A program made the position numbers and the translations under genes. This document shows, in pieces, positions 29,800 to 39,100 of a DNA stretch of 64,000 bases; position 1 is the stretch's first letter, and every line of letters begins with the position of its first letter. A model generated the notes under the pieces. The model saw only the letters and a list, made by a program, of their open reading frames with translations, had not been told where the DNA came from and made no database searches. Source of the stretch: Verrucomicrobiota bacterium (GTDB lineage Bacteria; Verrucomicrobiota; Verrucomicrobiia; Limisphaerales; CANJSG01); NCBI GenBank assembly GCA_038209745.1, contig JBBQXJ010000001.1, positions 64,001 to 128,000 of the forward strand, given 5' to 3'.

Positions 29800-31178
29800 A
29801 CCAGACCCCGTCTTCCCGCCAAGCCCTCGCCGCCTTCAGCCGCCGCAACTTCCTCCGCGGTCTCGGTGCGTGCCTCGCCCTGCCGGCCTTCGAGTCGATC
29901 GGCGGCGGCCGGCTCTTCGCCGCCGAGAGCGCCAAGCTGGCCGTGACCTCCACCGGCGCCCCGCTCCGCACCGCGTTCATCTACTTTCCCAATGGCGCGA
30001 TCCCCGGCGCCTGGTGGCCCGAGAAGGACGGTTCCGATTTCGCCCTCAGCAAGACGCTCGAACCGCTCGCGGCCAGCCGCCAGCACATCCAGATCCTCGG
30101 CGGGCTCGACCACCACAATGCCGAGGCCGGCATGGACGGCGGCGGCGACCACGCCCGCGCCAACGGCACCTTTCTCACCGGGGTGCGCATGAAGAAGAGC
30201 GCGACCGACATCCACGCCGGCGTCTCCATCGACCAGGCCATCGCGAAGCAGGTCGGGCATCTGACCCGCTTTCAATCCCTCGAGCTGACCTGTGACGAGG
30301 GGCGTAAATCCGGCGCCTGCGACTCAGGCTATTCCTGCGCCTACCAATACAACATCTCCTGGAGCTCCCCCACCACGCCGATGTCGCCCGAGGGGAATCC
30401 CCGCCTCGTCTTTGAGCGGCTCTTCGGCAGCGGCAAGTCCGGTCAACGAGCCGGGGAACTCCTCCGTCGCCAGCAGGAACAGCGCTCCATCCTCGACTTC
30501 GTCATGGACGACGCCCGGTCCATGCAGCGTCGCCTCAACCCGACCGACCAGGCCAAGCTCGACCAGTATTTGACCGGTGTCCGCGAGATCGAAACCCGCA
30601 TCGAGAAGGCCGAACGCTTCGGCAAAGCGCCGGATCCGGCCATGGACACGCCCGCCGGAGTTCCGCCCGAATACGCCGCCTACATCCAGCTCATGTTCGA
30701 CATGATGGTGCTGGCCTTCCAGACCGACTCCACCCGCGTCGCCACCCTGTTGCTGGCCCACGACGGCAGCAACCGCTCCTTTGGCGATATCGGCATCTCG
30801 GAAGGACACCACGATCTGTCGCACCACCAGAACCGGGATGAACTGATCCAAAAGGTGTCCACCATCGACCTCTGGTATGTGAAGCAGCTCGCGCAGTTCC
30901 TGCAGAAGATGGAGTCGACCATGGACGTGGACGGGAAGTCGCTCCTGCACAATTCCCAGATCGTCTACGGAGGCGGCAACGCCGACGCCAATCGCCACAC
31001 CCATACCAATCTTCCGATCCTCCTCGCCGGCCAGGCCGGTGGGCGGATCGCTCCCGGCCGCTACGTGCAGCACGGCGGGAAACCGGCGAGCAACCTCTAC
31101 CTCAGCATGGCCGATAATGTCGGTCTACGCGGTCTCGAGCGCTTCGGTGATTCGACCGGGCGACTGAGCGGGATCTGA
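29796..31178 (+). CDS. DUF1552 protein (Tat-exported)
   Basis: SRRNFLRGLGACLALP, YFPNG, SIDQ, NPRLVFERLFG, RSILD, AFQTDSTRVAT, HHDLSHH, FGDSTG. Confidence 0.92.
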   Translation: MNQTPSSRQALAAFSRRNFLRGLGACLALPAFESIGGGRLFAAESAKLAVTSTGAPLRTAFIYFPNGAIPGAWWPEKDGSDFALSKTLEPLAASRQHIQILGGLDHHNAEAGMDGGGDHARANGTFLTGVRMKKSATDIHAGVSIDQAIAKQVGHLTRFQSLELTCDEGRKSGACDSGYSCAYQYNISWSSPTTPMSPEGNPRLVFERLFGSGKSGQRAGELLRRQQEQRSILDFVMDDARSMQRRLNPTDQAKLDQYLTGVREIETRIEKAERFGKAPDPAMDTPAGVPPEYAAYIQLMFDMMVLAFQTDSTRVATLLLAHDGSNRSFGDIGISEGHHDLSHHQNRDELIQKVSTIDLWYVKQLAQFLQKMESTMDVDGKSLLHNSQIVYGGGNADANRHTHTNLPILLAGQAGGRIAPGRYVQHGGKPASNLYLSMADNVGLRGLERFGDSTGRLSGI

Positions 31179-31187
31179 AGAAAAATG

Positions 31188-31260
31188 GCAGCCGCGGCGG
31201 ATCGGTTTCGGCGCGTCCGGAACCCGGACGGCGGATGGAACCGAACTCCACCGCGGCTGC
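31188..31260. repeat. Long imperfect hairpin between convergent genes
   Basis: GCAGCCGCGGCGGA...TCCACCGCGGCTGC outer arms, TCGGTT/AACCGA and CGTCCGG/CCGGACG inner stems. Confidence 0.6.
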
Positions 31261-31354
31261 GTTTCCCTGTTTGTCTCCTTGGCGTTGCGGGAAATCTTTG
31301 GGCTCCCGTCGGAGCGACCACCGCATCCTGCCGATCCACGGGTTTGATCGGCAT

Positions 31355-32110
31355 TTACAATGTCCCGGGCGATTTCTTCGTCGGCGGATTGGGCAGCCAA
31401 ACCACGTTGTTGGTATCCGAGCTCTTGGCCAGCGCTTCGCGGAGTCCGTCCGAACTCAGTTGGTCCACATGCCCGTCGCTGAAGGCGATGTTGCCGGCGC
31501 GGCGATGCATCTCCGAACCCCACGCCAATGATTTGGTTTCGACCTTTGTGGAGCCGAGGCGCTGGCTGCCGCCAAGGAGGGTTGAGCTTCGGTAGAGATT
31601 GCGATCCCCGGCGATGAAGCGGTCGGGCGCGTCCTCCATGGCTGCGAGGCCGTAGAAATAGCTGAGCGCATTCTCACGGTTCGAAGGGTGGGCGAAGCTG
31701 TTGGTGGTGAGGTTCGGTTCGTTGAAGTCCGACGCGGAAGTCCGCGTGTCCTCTGGGCAAACGAGGATGCGAGGAGAGCTGATCTCGTTGCCGGCAGCTT
31801 GGAAGATCCTCCACAGCTGGGTCGGGTCATTCGGGTCGAAGACTCCAAACGGGTCGTTCGGCGCGCCATTGGTCGCCGACTCGGACAGTGCTTGGAACGG
31901 GTATTTGCCGTCGTAGTCGTTTGCGTAGAGCCGGAAGGCGGTGCCGATCTGCTTGAGTTCGTTGACGCAACCAATCTTCGAGGACCTGGCTTTGGGCCTG
32001 GCAAGCATCGGGAGCAGGATGGCGAGCCCGGCGACGATGATCGCCACCACGACGACAAGTTCCCATGCGGTAAAACCACGGCAGAGTTGCCGCTTCTTCT
32101 CGCCTCGCAT
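31355..32110 (-). CDS. Prepilin-type N-terminal / H-X9-DG domain protein
   Basis: G|FTAWELVVVVAII, CVNELKQIG, ILVCP, GDRN, H-RRAGNIAFS-DG; alternative start 32203. Confidence 0.88.
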   Translation of the reverse strand: MRGEKKRQLCRGFTAWELVVVVAIIVAGLAILLPMLARPKARSSKIGCVNELKQIGTAFRLYANDYDGKYPFQALSESATNGAPNDPFGVFDPNDPTQLWRIFQAAGNEISSPRILVCPEDTRTSASDFNEPNLTTNSFAHPSNRENALSYFYGLAAMEDAPDRFIAGDRNLYRSSTLLGGSQRLGSTKVETKSLAWGSEMHRRAGNIAFSDGHVDQLSSDGLREALAKSSDTNNVVWLPNPPTKKSPGTL

Positions 32111-32115
32111 ATTGG

Positions 32116-32169
32116 CGGCGAACTCCCGCTCGCCGCTACGGGGCCGTAGCGGCAGACGGGAGTCTGCCG
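32116..32169. repeat. Divergent (GTAG ends inward) REP doublet
   Basis: GTAG-CGGCAGAC-GGGA-GTCTGCCG on plus and GTAG-CGGCGAGC-GGGA-GTTCGCCG on minus. Confidence 0.75.
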
Positions 32170-32199
32170 GTGGCTTCTTCGTTCTTGGTGCGCGTGGGT

Positions 32200-32979
32200 T
32201 CATCGCATGGGTTGGGGAAGATTGGGCATCCACAGGACGTTGTTCGTGCTTCCAGCATTGAGGGCGGCTTCGCGGAGCTTGCCGGAGGTGAGCTGCTCCA
32301 CGCGACCATCGGAGAAGCCGACGTTGCCTGCCTTGTCGTGGAGACCGAGGCCCCATTGCAGTTTTCCGGCTCCTGGCTTCGGGAGGGCGGTGAAGTTGGC
32401 GAGATCGACGCGGCCGGTCAGGAGCGCCTTCCCCGGATCCGTGTCGGACCCGCCGGTGGTGAGATTGCGGTCGCCGACCACGAACTGGTTCGGGTCGTCT
32501 TCGCGGGAGTTGAGTCCGTAGAAGTAGCTGAGGGCTTTCAGGCGTTGGGAGGGGTGGGCGAAGCTTTGCGACGATGCATTGGTGCTGGCGAAGTCGGCCG
32601 CAGCAGCGCGCGTGTCGGCCGGGCAAACCAGGATCCTTGGCGAACTGAGTTCATAGCCGGCGGCCTGGAAGAGCTTCCAGACCTGGGTGGCGTCATTGGT
32701 GTTGAAGGGAAGCAAGCCCGCCGCATCAGGAAAGCCGTTGGTGGCCTCGGCCAAAACTTGGAACGGATACCTGCCATCGTAGTCGTTGGCGAAGAGCCGG
32801 AAGGCGGTGCCGATTTGCTTGAGGCTGTTCACGCAGGAGATGCGGTGAGCGCGCCCTCCTTTGCCGGGCAATGCTGGCAGGATCATTCCCGCTACCACCA
32901 CCAACACCGCGATCACGACGGCGACCTCAACCAAAGATGAACCGGTCTGACCACGCGTGGAACTGGGCTGGGGTTTCAT
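32200..32979 (-). CDS. Prepilin-type N-terminal / H-X9-DG domain protein (tandem paralog)
   Basis: G|SSLVEVAVVIAVL, CVNSLKQIG, ILVCP, GDRN, H-DKAGNVGFS-DG. Confidence 0.88.
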   Translation of the reverse strand: MKPQPSSTRGQTGSSLVEVAVVIAVLVVVAGMILPALPGKGGRAHRISCVNSLKQIGTAFRLFANDYDGRYPFQVLAEATNGFPDAAGLLPFNTNDATQVWKLFQAAGYELSSPRILVCPADTRAAAADFASTNASSQSFAHPSQRLKALSYFYGLNSREDDPNQFVVGDRNLTTGGSDTDPGKALLTGRVDLANFTALPKPGAGKLQWGLGLHDKAGNVGFSDGRVEQLTSGKLREAALNAGSTNNVLWMPNLPQPMR

Positions 32980-33157
32980 GCTTTCGTTCTTTAGCAGGGG
33001 CAATGCCGAGGCTGGAAAAGTGGGATGTGCTGGGGTTTCTGCAAGGTTCCACTGATCGGGTGCGTGAGGTTCGCGCACGAAGCGTGGAGATGACGCGGAC
33101 GGCAGTGGATCATCGGGATCCGGAAACGGCGCTGCGCTGGTTATCTCCGGATGTTGG

Positions 33158-33181
33158 GGCGGCGCGGCATCGCCGCCCTAC
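33158..33181 (-). repeat. GTAG-type REP-like palindrome
   Basis: Minus strand GTAG-GGCGGCG-ATGCCG-CGCCGCC. Confidence 0.5.
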
Positions 33182-33354
33182 CGGGGCTCTTCGCAGTGGG
33201 ATGGGCCGAGGGATCGAGACTATGATTGGGATGACGGGGGAGGAAGAAGAGGAAGGGACGTTTCCCACAACGAGTGAGCCGGAGAGCGCCCCTGATTGGA
33301 CACCCTCCGGCTCGGTTCACCGGTGGTCTGCGGGCCTGTCGGCCGAATTGCTGG

Positions 33355-35472
33355 CTACGACATGGCCGCGACTTCTTCCCGGTCTTCCGCGGCGGCCGTC
33401 GGGGTGGAGGATCCCGACGCGCGCGGCTTTTCATCCAGCACCAGGACGCCGTGGGGAGGCAGGTCGTAGGTGCCGGTGAAGGTTCGGCCCGTCAGGAAGT
33501 CGTGCATCGGTTTGTAAAACTGGATGCGGACGGGCGAGTTCTGGTGGTTCAGGAGGAAATACACCTTGGAGTCGGGTCCCTGCCTCAGGCTGACCTCGAT
33601 GGTGTCGGGGACCTTGAGCAGCGGGAAAAGATTCGCGAGACCCCGCAGCCAGACGACGAGGTCGTAGTAGAAGGCCTGGTGGCTGACGAACCCGAGGTAG
33701 ATGGCCCGGCCATTGCCATAGGTGTTCATGGTCATCGCCGGTCGGTTCGCATAGAAGTCCCGCGTGAAGGTGCCGAGCACCTGGGCGCCGAGGGGTTTGA
33801 TGACGTCGCACCAGAGCCGGGCGGGATGGAGGGCGGAGACGTGGAAGTCGCCCTTGAAACTGAGGTGGTTGTCTTCGCCCGGAGGCAGCGGGTCGAACTC
33901 CTCGACCTCGATGCCGAAGACGTCCGTCATCTCGTTCGGCATGCCGGTGTCGGGCACGATGTGGTTCTCGTCGAACAGGCCAGTGTTGCAGGTGGCGACG
34001 AGGGTGCCGCCATTCTGCACGTAGAGGCGGAGGGCGTCGGCTTCGGCGCCGCTGAGCATCTGGAGCGAGGGGGCGATGACGATCTTGTATTGGGAGAGGT
34101 CGTCGAGCGGCTGGGCGAAGTCGACGGGCATGTTCCGGTCGTGCAGCGCCGTGTGGAAGAGGTGGATGTGGTCGTGGAGCTTGAAGTGCTTGTTGGGCTG
34201 CATGGGCAGCGTCTGGCTCCAGTCGCTGTCGTGGGTGAAGAGGATGGCGGTCTCGGCGACGACCCTGGTGTTCTTGAGGATCGGGCCGAGGAGCTGCATC
34301 TCCGCGCCGATCTGCTGCACCTCGTGGTAGACGCGGTTGTCGCCGCGGCCGTCGTGGGTGAGCACGCCGCCATAGAACTGTTCGGACCCGATGCGCGGCT
34401 GGCGCCAGAAGAAGTAAAACAGCCCGTTGGCACCGCGGGAAACGACCTGGTAGGCGAAGAGCCGGATGACGCCCGGCCGGACGAGGGAGTTCGTATCAAG
34501 CCAGTTCACTTGGCCGGCTTTCTGTTCGATGACCCAGAAACCGCTGTCCACGTCGCCCGGCAAGCTGGATGGACCCTTCTTGAGCGAGCGGAAGATATCG
34601 ATCTCGCAGGCATTTTCGGCGGAGCGGGTCTTGATCGTGGCGTTGGAGTCCGCCGAGACGAAGTCGAGCACGTTGGCCAGGTTGAAATGGTCGAAGTGGC
34701 GCGAAATGGCCCGGAGATTCGTCGTGATGGGGATCTTCGGGGTGACGGACCGGAGGGTCTCGGCCTGGCAGCGCATGTAGGCGACGAGCGTGTCGCTGGA
34801 GAAACGGAACCAGTCCATGACCAACGCCGGATTATGGACGGTGGGAGCGATCCGGGGCATGGGCACTTCATCGAAACTGCGGACCGTCTGGCCCCAGAAG
34901 CGGAGACCGAGGCAGTCGTTCATTTTGCCGACAGTGTCGTATTTGGCCTTCAGCCAGGCGTGCCAATCATTCTCGGTATCGGGGTTGAAGGAGGCTTCGG
35001 TCAAATGGCCGCCAATGCCGTTGTCGATCTGCCAAGCGATGAGACCCGGATGGGTGCCGAGGTGTTCGGCGACGGCGCGGACGATCTTCTTGGTATGCTG
35101 CCAGTACGCCTCGCTGTTCAGCGAATAGGCGTGGCGGGTGCCGGCGTGGAGCGTCTGGCCGCGTTCGTTGATGGGAAGGATGTCCGGATGTTTCCGCGCG
35201 AGCCACAGAGGCGGGGCGGCGGTGGGCGTGCCCAGAACGATCTGGATGCCGCTGCGGTGCATGAGATCCATGGCGCGGCGCATCCAGTCGAACTCGAACT
35301 TCCCTTCTTCCGGCTCATAGAGCCCCCAGGCGAATTCGCCCATGCGCACCGCGTTCACTCCGGCGGCCAGCATCAATTCTACGTCGCGGCTCCAACGAGC
35401 CTCCGGATCTTCCGCACTTCCCGCATAGGGAAAGACCCAATGCTCAGGGTGATAGTCGACTCCGAAAAACAT
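33355..35472 (-). CDS. GH42 beta-galactosidase-like protein (acid/base Glu absent)
   Basis: GVDYHPEHW, RMGEFAW..EPEEG, LGTPTAAPPLW, FWGQT, WFRFSSD, ITTN, FWVIEQ, trimerization and C-terminal domains. Confidence 0.88.
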   Translation of the reverse strand: MFFGVDYHPEHWVFPYAGSAEDPEARWSRDVELMLAAGVNAVRMGEFAWGLYEPEEGKFEFDWMRRAMDLMHRSGIQIVLGTPTAAPPLWLARKHPDILPINERGQTLHAGTRHAYSLNSEAYWQHTKKIVRAVAEHLGTHPGLIAWQIDNGIGGHLTEASFNPDTENDWHAWLKAKYDTVGKMNDCLGLRFWGQTVRSFDEVPMPRIAPTVHNPALVMDWFRFSSDTLVAYMRCQAETLRSVTPKIPITTNLRAISRHFDHFNLANVLDFVSADSNATIKTRSAENACEIDIFRSLKKGPSSLPGDVDSGFWVIEQKAGQVNWLDTNSLVRPGVIRLFAYQVVSRGANGLFYFFWRQPRIGSEQFYGGVLTHDGRGDNRVYHEVQQIGAEMQLLGPILKNTRVVAETAILFTHDSDWSQTLPMQPNKHFKLHDHIHLFHTALHDRNMPVDFAQPLDDLSQYKIVIAPSLQMLSGAEADALRLYVQNGGTLVATCNTGLFDENHIVPDTGMPNEMTDVFGIEVEEFDPLPPGEDNHLSFKGDFHVSALHPARLWCDVIKPLGAQVLGTFTRDFYANRPAMTMNTYGNGRAIYLGFVSHQAFYYDLVVWLRGLANLFPLLKVPDTIEVSLRQGPDSKVYFLLNHQNSPVRIQFYKPMHDFLTGRTFTGTYDLPPHGVLVLDEKPRASGSSTPTAAAEDREEVAAMS

Positions 35473-36020
35473 AGGTTTCGTGGGGTTGAACGTTTTTGGG
35501 AACTGCTCTCGGGTATACGCCCGGCAGGGGAGCGGCTCAACGGCGAATCCGGCTTGGTGCCGCTGCGACTCCTTGTTGAGTCATCTTACGAAACTTCCAA
35601 AATATCCCCTTTTTATGGGGCTGATAGGTCCTTATTTGAAACCCGGTATCGTTATCGTGTGCCAGCAGACGCACAGGAGACTAGAGGTTCAATGCGGCTC
35701 GCTCCGTTCTGTGTTCTGTTCCAACCCAAGGAATTGGCGTCTCGCTTCAGGTTCGTTTTCGACTCGAAGCCGATGGTCTGAAAGAGGAGGGGTCCGAAGG
35801 AGACCGCTCCGATCAAGCCCGCCTCCCTTTCCCAGCAACATCCCAGTCGAACCGCTCTCTCCGCCAGCCCGCTCTGCTTCGCAGTCCGACCGACTGGGAG
35901 GCGTTGAGCGGCCATGCCCACCCAAGCCGGCGGAACCAACAAGCGAACCCTTCCGGCGACGGCTCCGACCCGGTTCTATCGCCCGATTAAATCCTGAGAT
36001 TCCCCATATACGTTCGCGCG

Positions 36021-36050
36021 CAGGCCGGAGGGCGACTTCCGGCCTGTTTT
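36021..36050 (+). terminator. Terminator-like hairpin in the pyc leader
   Basis: CAGGCCGGAG-GGCGAC-TTCCGGCCTG-TTTT, ending 68 nt upstream of the pyc ATG. Confidence 0.55.
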
Positions 36051-36117
36051 ACGTTTCGGCCTCCCCAGTTTCCTTTGCCAAAGCCGCCCCGTCTTCCTTA
36101 ACAATTCTCCCGCACTT

Positions 36118-39100
36118 ATGCCGAACCGCCACGCCGCCGCCCCATCGCCCTCGCCGCGTCAGTTCAAGAAACTGATGGCTGCGAACCGCTCCGAGATCGC
36201 CATCCGCATTTTCCGCGCAAGCACCGAACTCGGTCTCCGCACCGTGGCCGTCTATGCGCAGGAGGACCGTTTCTGCATCCACCGGTTCAAGGCGGACGAA
36301 TCCTACCTCGTCGGCCAGGGCAAGGGTCCCGTCGCCGCGTATCTCGACATCGCCAGCATCGTCGCCATCGCGAAGGAGAAAGGGGTGGATGCGATCCATC
36401 CCGGCTACGGTTTCCTGAGCGAGAATCCCGCTTTCGCCCGCGCGTGCGCGGAGGCCGGCATCGCCTTCGTCGGTCCCCGGCCCGAGCTCCTGGACATGAT
36501 GGGCGACAAGACCGCCGCGCGCGCCGTGGCCCAGCGCATCGGCGTGCCGGTGCTCAACGGCACCGACGACCCGATATCCGATCGCGATCTCGCCCTGAAG
36601 GCGGCCAAGAGCATCGGCTTCCCGCTCATCATCAAGGCGGCCTTCGGCGGGGGCGGCCGCGGCATGCGCGTGGTGAAGAAGGAGAGCGAGCTTTCCCAGC
36701 TCCTCGACGAGGCCCAGAGCGAAGCCGGCCAGGCGTTCGGGAATCCCGCCGTTTTCCTGGAGAAATACATTCCCCGCGCGAAGCACATCGAGGTCCAGAT
36801 CCTTGGCGACCAGCACGGCAACATCATCCATCTGCACGAGCGCGATTGTTCGGTCCAGCGCCGCCATCAGAAGGTCGTCGAAGTCGCCCCTTCCTTCGGT
36901 CTCCCCGAGAACATCATCAAGGAGCTCTGCGACGCCGCGGCCCGCATCGCCCGCGAGATCCGCTACGACAACGCCGGCACGATCGAGTTCCTCTACGATC
37001 TGGACAAACACGAGTGGTTCTTCATCGAGATGAACCCCCGCATCCAGGTCGAGCACACCGTCACCGAGGTGATCACCGGCATCGACCTCGTCCGCTCCCA
37101 GATCTTGATCGCCCAGGGCCACAGCCTGACCTCCCGTGAACTCGCCCTGCCCGGCCAGAACGAGATTCCGCGGAACGGCTACGCCATCCAGTGCCGCATC
37201 ACCACGGAGGATCCGGAGAACAAGTTCACGCCCGACTATGGCAAGATCCTCGCCTACCGTTCGCCCGGCGGCTTCGGCATCCGGCTCGACGGCGGCATGG
37301 GCTACTCGGGCTCGGTCATCACGCCGTTCTACGACTCCATGTTGGTGAAGATGATCGCCAGCGGCCGCAGCTACGACATCACCATGGACCGGATGGACCG
37401 CGCGCTGCGCGAATTCCGCATCCGCGGCGTCAAGACGAACATCCCCTTCCTCGAAAACGTCATCCGCCATCCCGAATTCCAGAGCGGCCAGGCCACGACG
37501 ACGTTGATCGACACCACTCCGGAGCTCTTCAAGTTCAAGGGGCGGAAAGACCGCGCGACGAAGCTGCTCAACTTCCTCGGCAATGTGATCGTGAACGGCA
37601 ATCCGCACGCCAAGGGCTATAAGCCCGCGAAGGCGTTGGAGCTGCCGACCCCTCCCAAGTCCGCAGTGGCACGGACGCCCTCGTCTGTGGGTGCCAAGTC
37701 CCGGCAGGCGGGGTCGCCTGCCGCACTGGCCACCGGCGGGGGCGCCGGCGCCACTAGACCGGTTGTTCCCAAAGGCACCCGCGATCTGCTTCTCGAACTC
37801 GGGCCGAAGAAGTTCGCCGAGTGGACCCTCAAGCAGAAGCGCCTGCTCGTCACCGACACCACCTTCCGCGACGCCCACCAGTCCCTCATGGCCACGCGCG
37901 TCCGCAGCTACGACATGATCGCGTGCGCGGACGCCCTGGCCCATCGCCTCGGCGACGCGAAGACCGGCCTGTTCTCGCTGGAGATGTGGGGCGGGGCGAC
38001 CTTCGACAGCGCGATGCGGTTCCTCAGCGAGGATCCGTGGGAACGCCTGCGGCTGCTGCGCGAGAAGATCCCGAACATCTGTTTCCAGATGCTCTTCCGC
38101 GGCTCGAACGCCGTCGGCTACTCGAACTATCCCGACAACGTCGTCGCCGGCTTCGTGAAGCACGCGGCCGCTTCGGGCATGGACATCTTCCGCATCTTCG
38201 ATTCGCTGAACTACCTGCCGAACCTCCGGGTGGCCATGGACGCCGTCCAGGGCACGCACGCCGTCTGCGAAGCCGCCATCTGCTACACCGGCGACATCCT
38301 CGACGAGAAGCGCGACAAGTTCTCGCTGAAGTATTACGTGAAGCTGGCCAAGGAACTGGAGAAGATGGGCGCCCATTTCCTCGCGATCAAAGACATGGCC
38401 GGCCTCTGCCGTCCGTTCGCCGCCAAGAAGCTCGTCAAAACGCTGCGCGAGGAGATCGGTCTCCCGATCCACTTCCACACGCACGACACCTCCGGTGTGC
38501 AGGCGTCCTCCATCCTCAACGCCAGCGATGCCGGGGTGGACGTCGTCGATCTCGCCATCTCCTCGATGTCCGGGAGCACCTCGCAGCCGAACCTGAACTC
38601 CATCGCTTCCGCCCTCCAGAGCACGCCGCGCGACACGAAGCTCGACGCGGACACGCTGGCCGAATTCGCCGACTATTGGGAACGCGTCCGCGAGATCTAC
38701 GCGCCCTTCGACACGGCTCCGAAGACCGGCAGCGCCGAGGTCTATCTGCACGAGATGCCCGGCGGCCAATACACCATTCTCAAGGAACAGGCCTCCAGCA
38801 TGGGCGTGTCCCATCGTTGGCCCGAGATCGCGCGAACCTATGCCGATGTGAACCAGCTCTTCGGCGACATCGTGAAGGTGACCCCGAGCAGCAAGGTCGT
38901 CGGAGACATGGCGCTCTTCCTCTTCAGCAAGGGCATCAAGGCGTCCGACGTCGTCAATCTGGAGCCCGGTTCCACGCCGTTCCCCGAGAGCGTCATCGAC
39001 ATGCTCAGCGGCGGTCTCGGCTGGCCCGACGGCGGATGGCCGGCGGACATCCAGAAGGTCGTTCTCGGAGAGAAGCGCTTCGCCGAAGCCAAGAAGAACT

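Noticed and set aside
31355..32979. Diversity-generating retroelement TR/VR pair
   Set aside because: Both copies are full ORFs diverged throughout, with indels; no reverse transcriptase in the window
38755..38790. GGQYTIL in pyc instead of the usual GGQYTNL
   Set aside because: Single-nucleotide-level change that could be polymorphism or error; all other motifs intact
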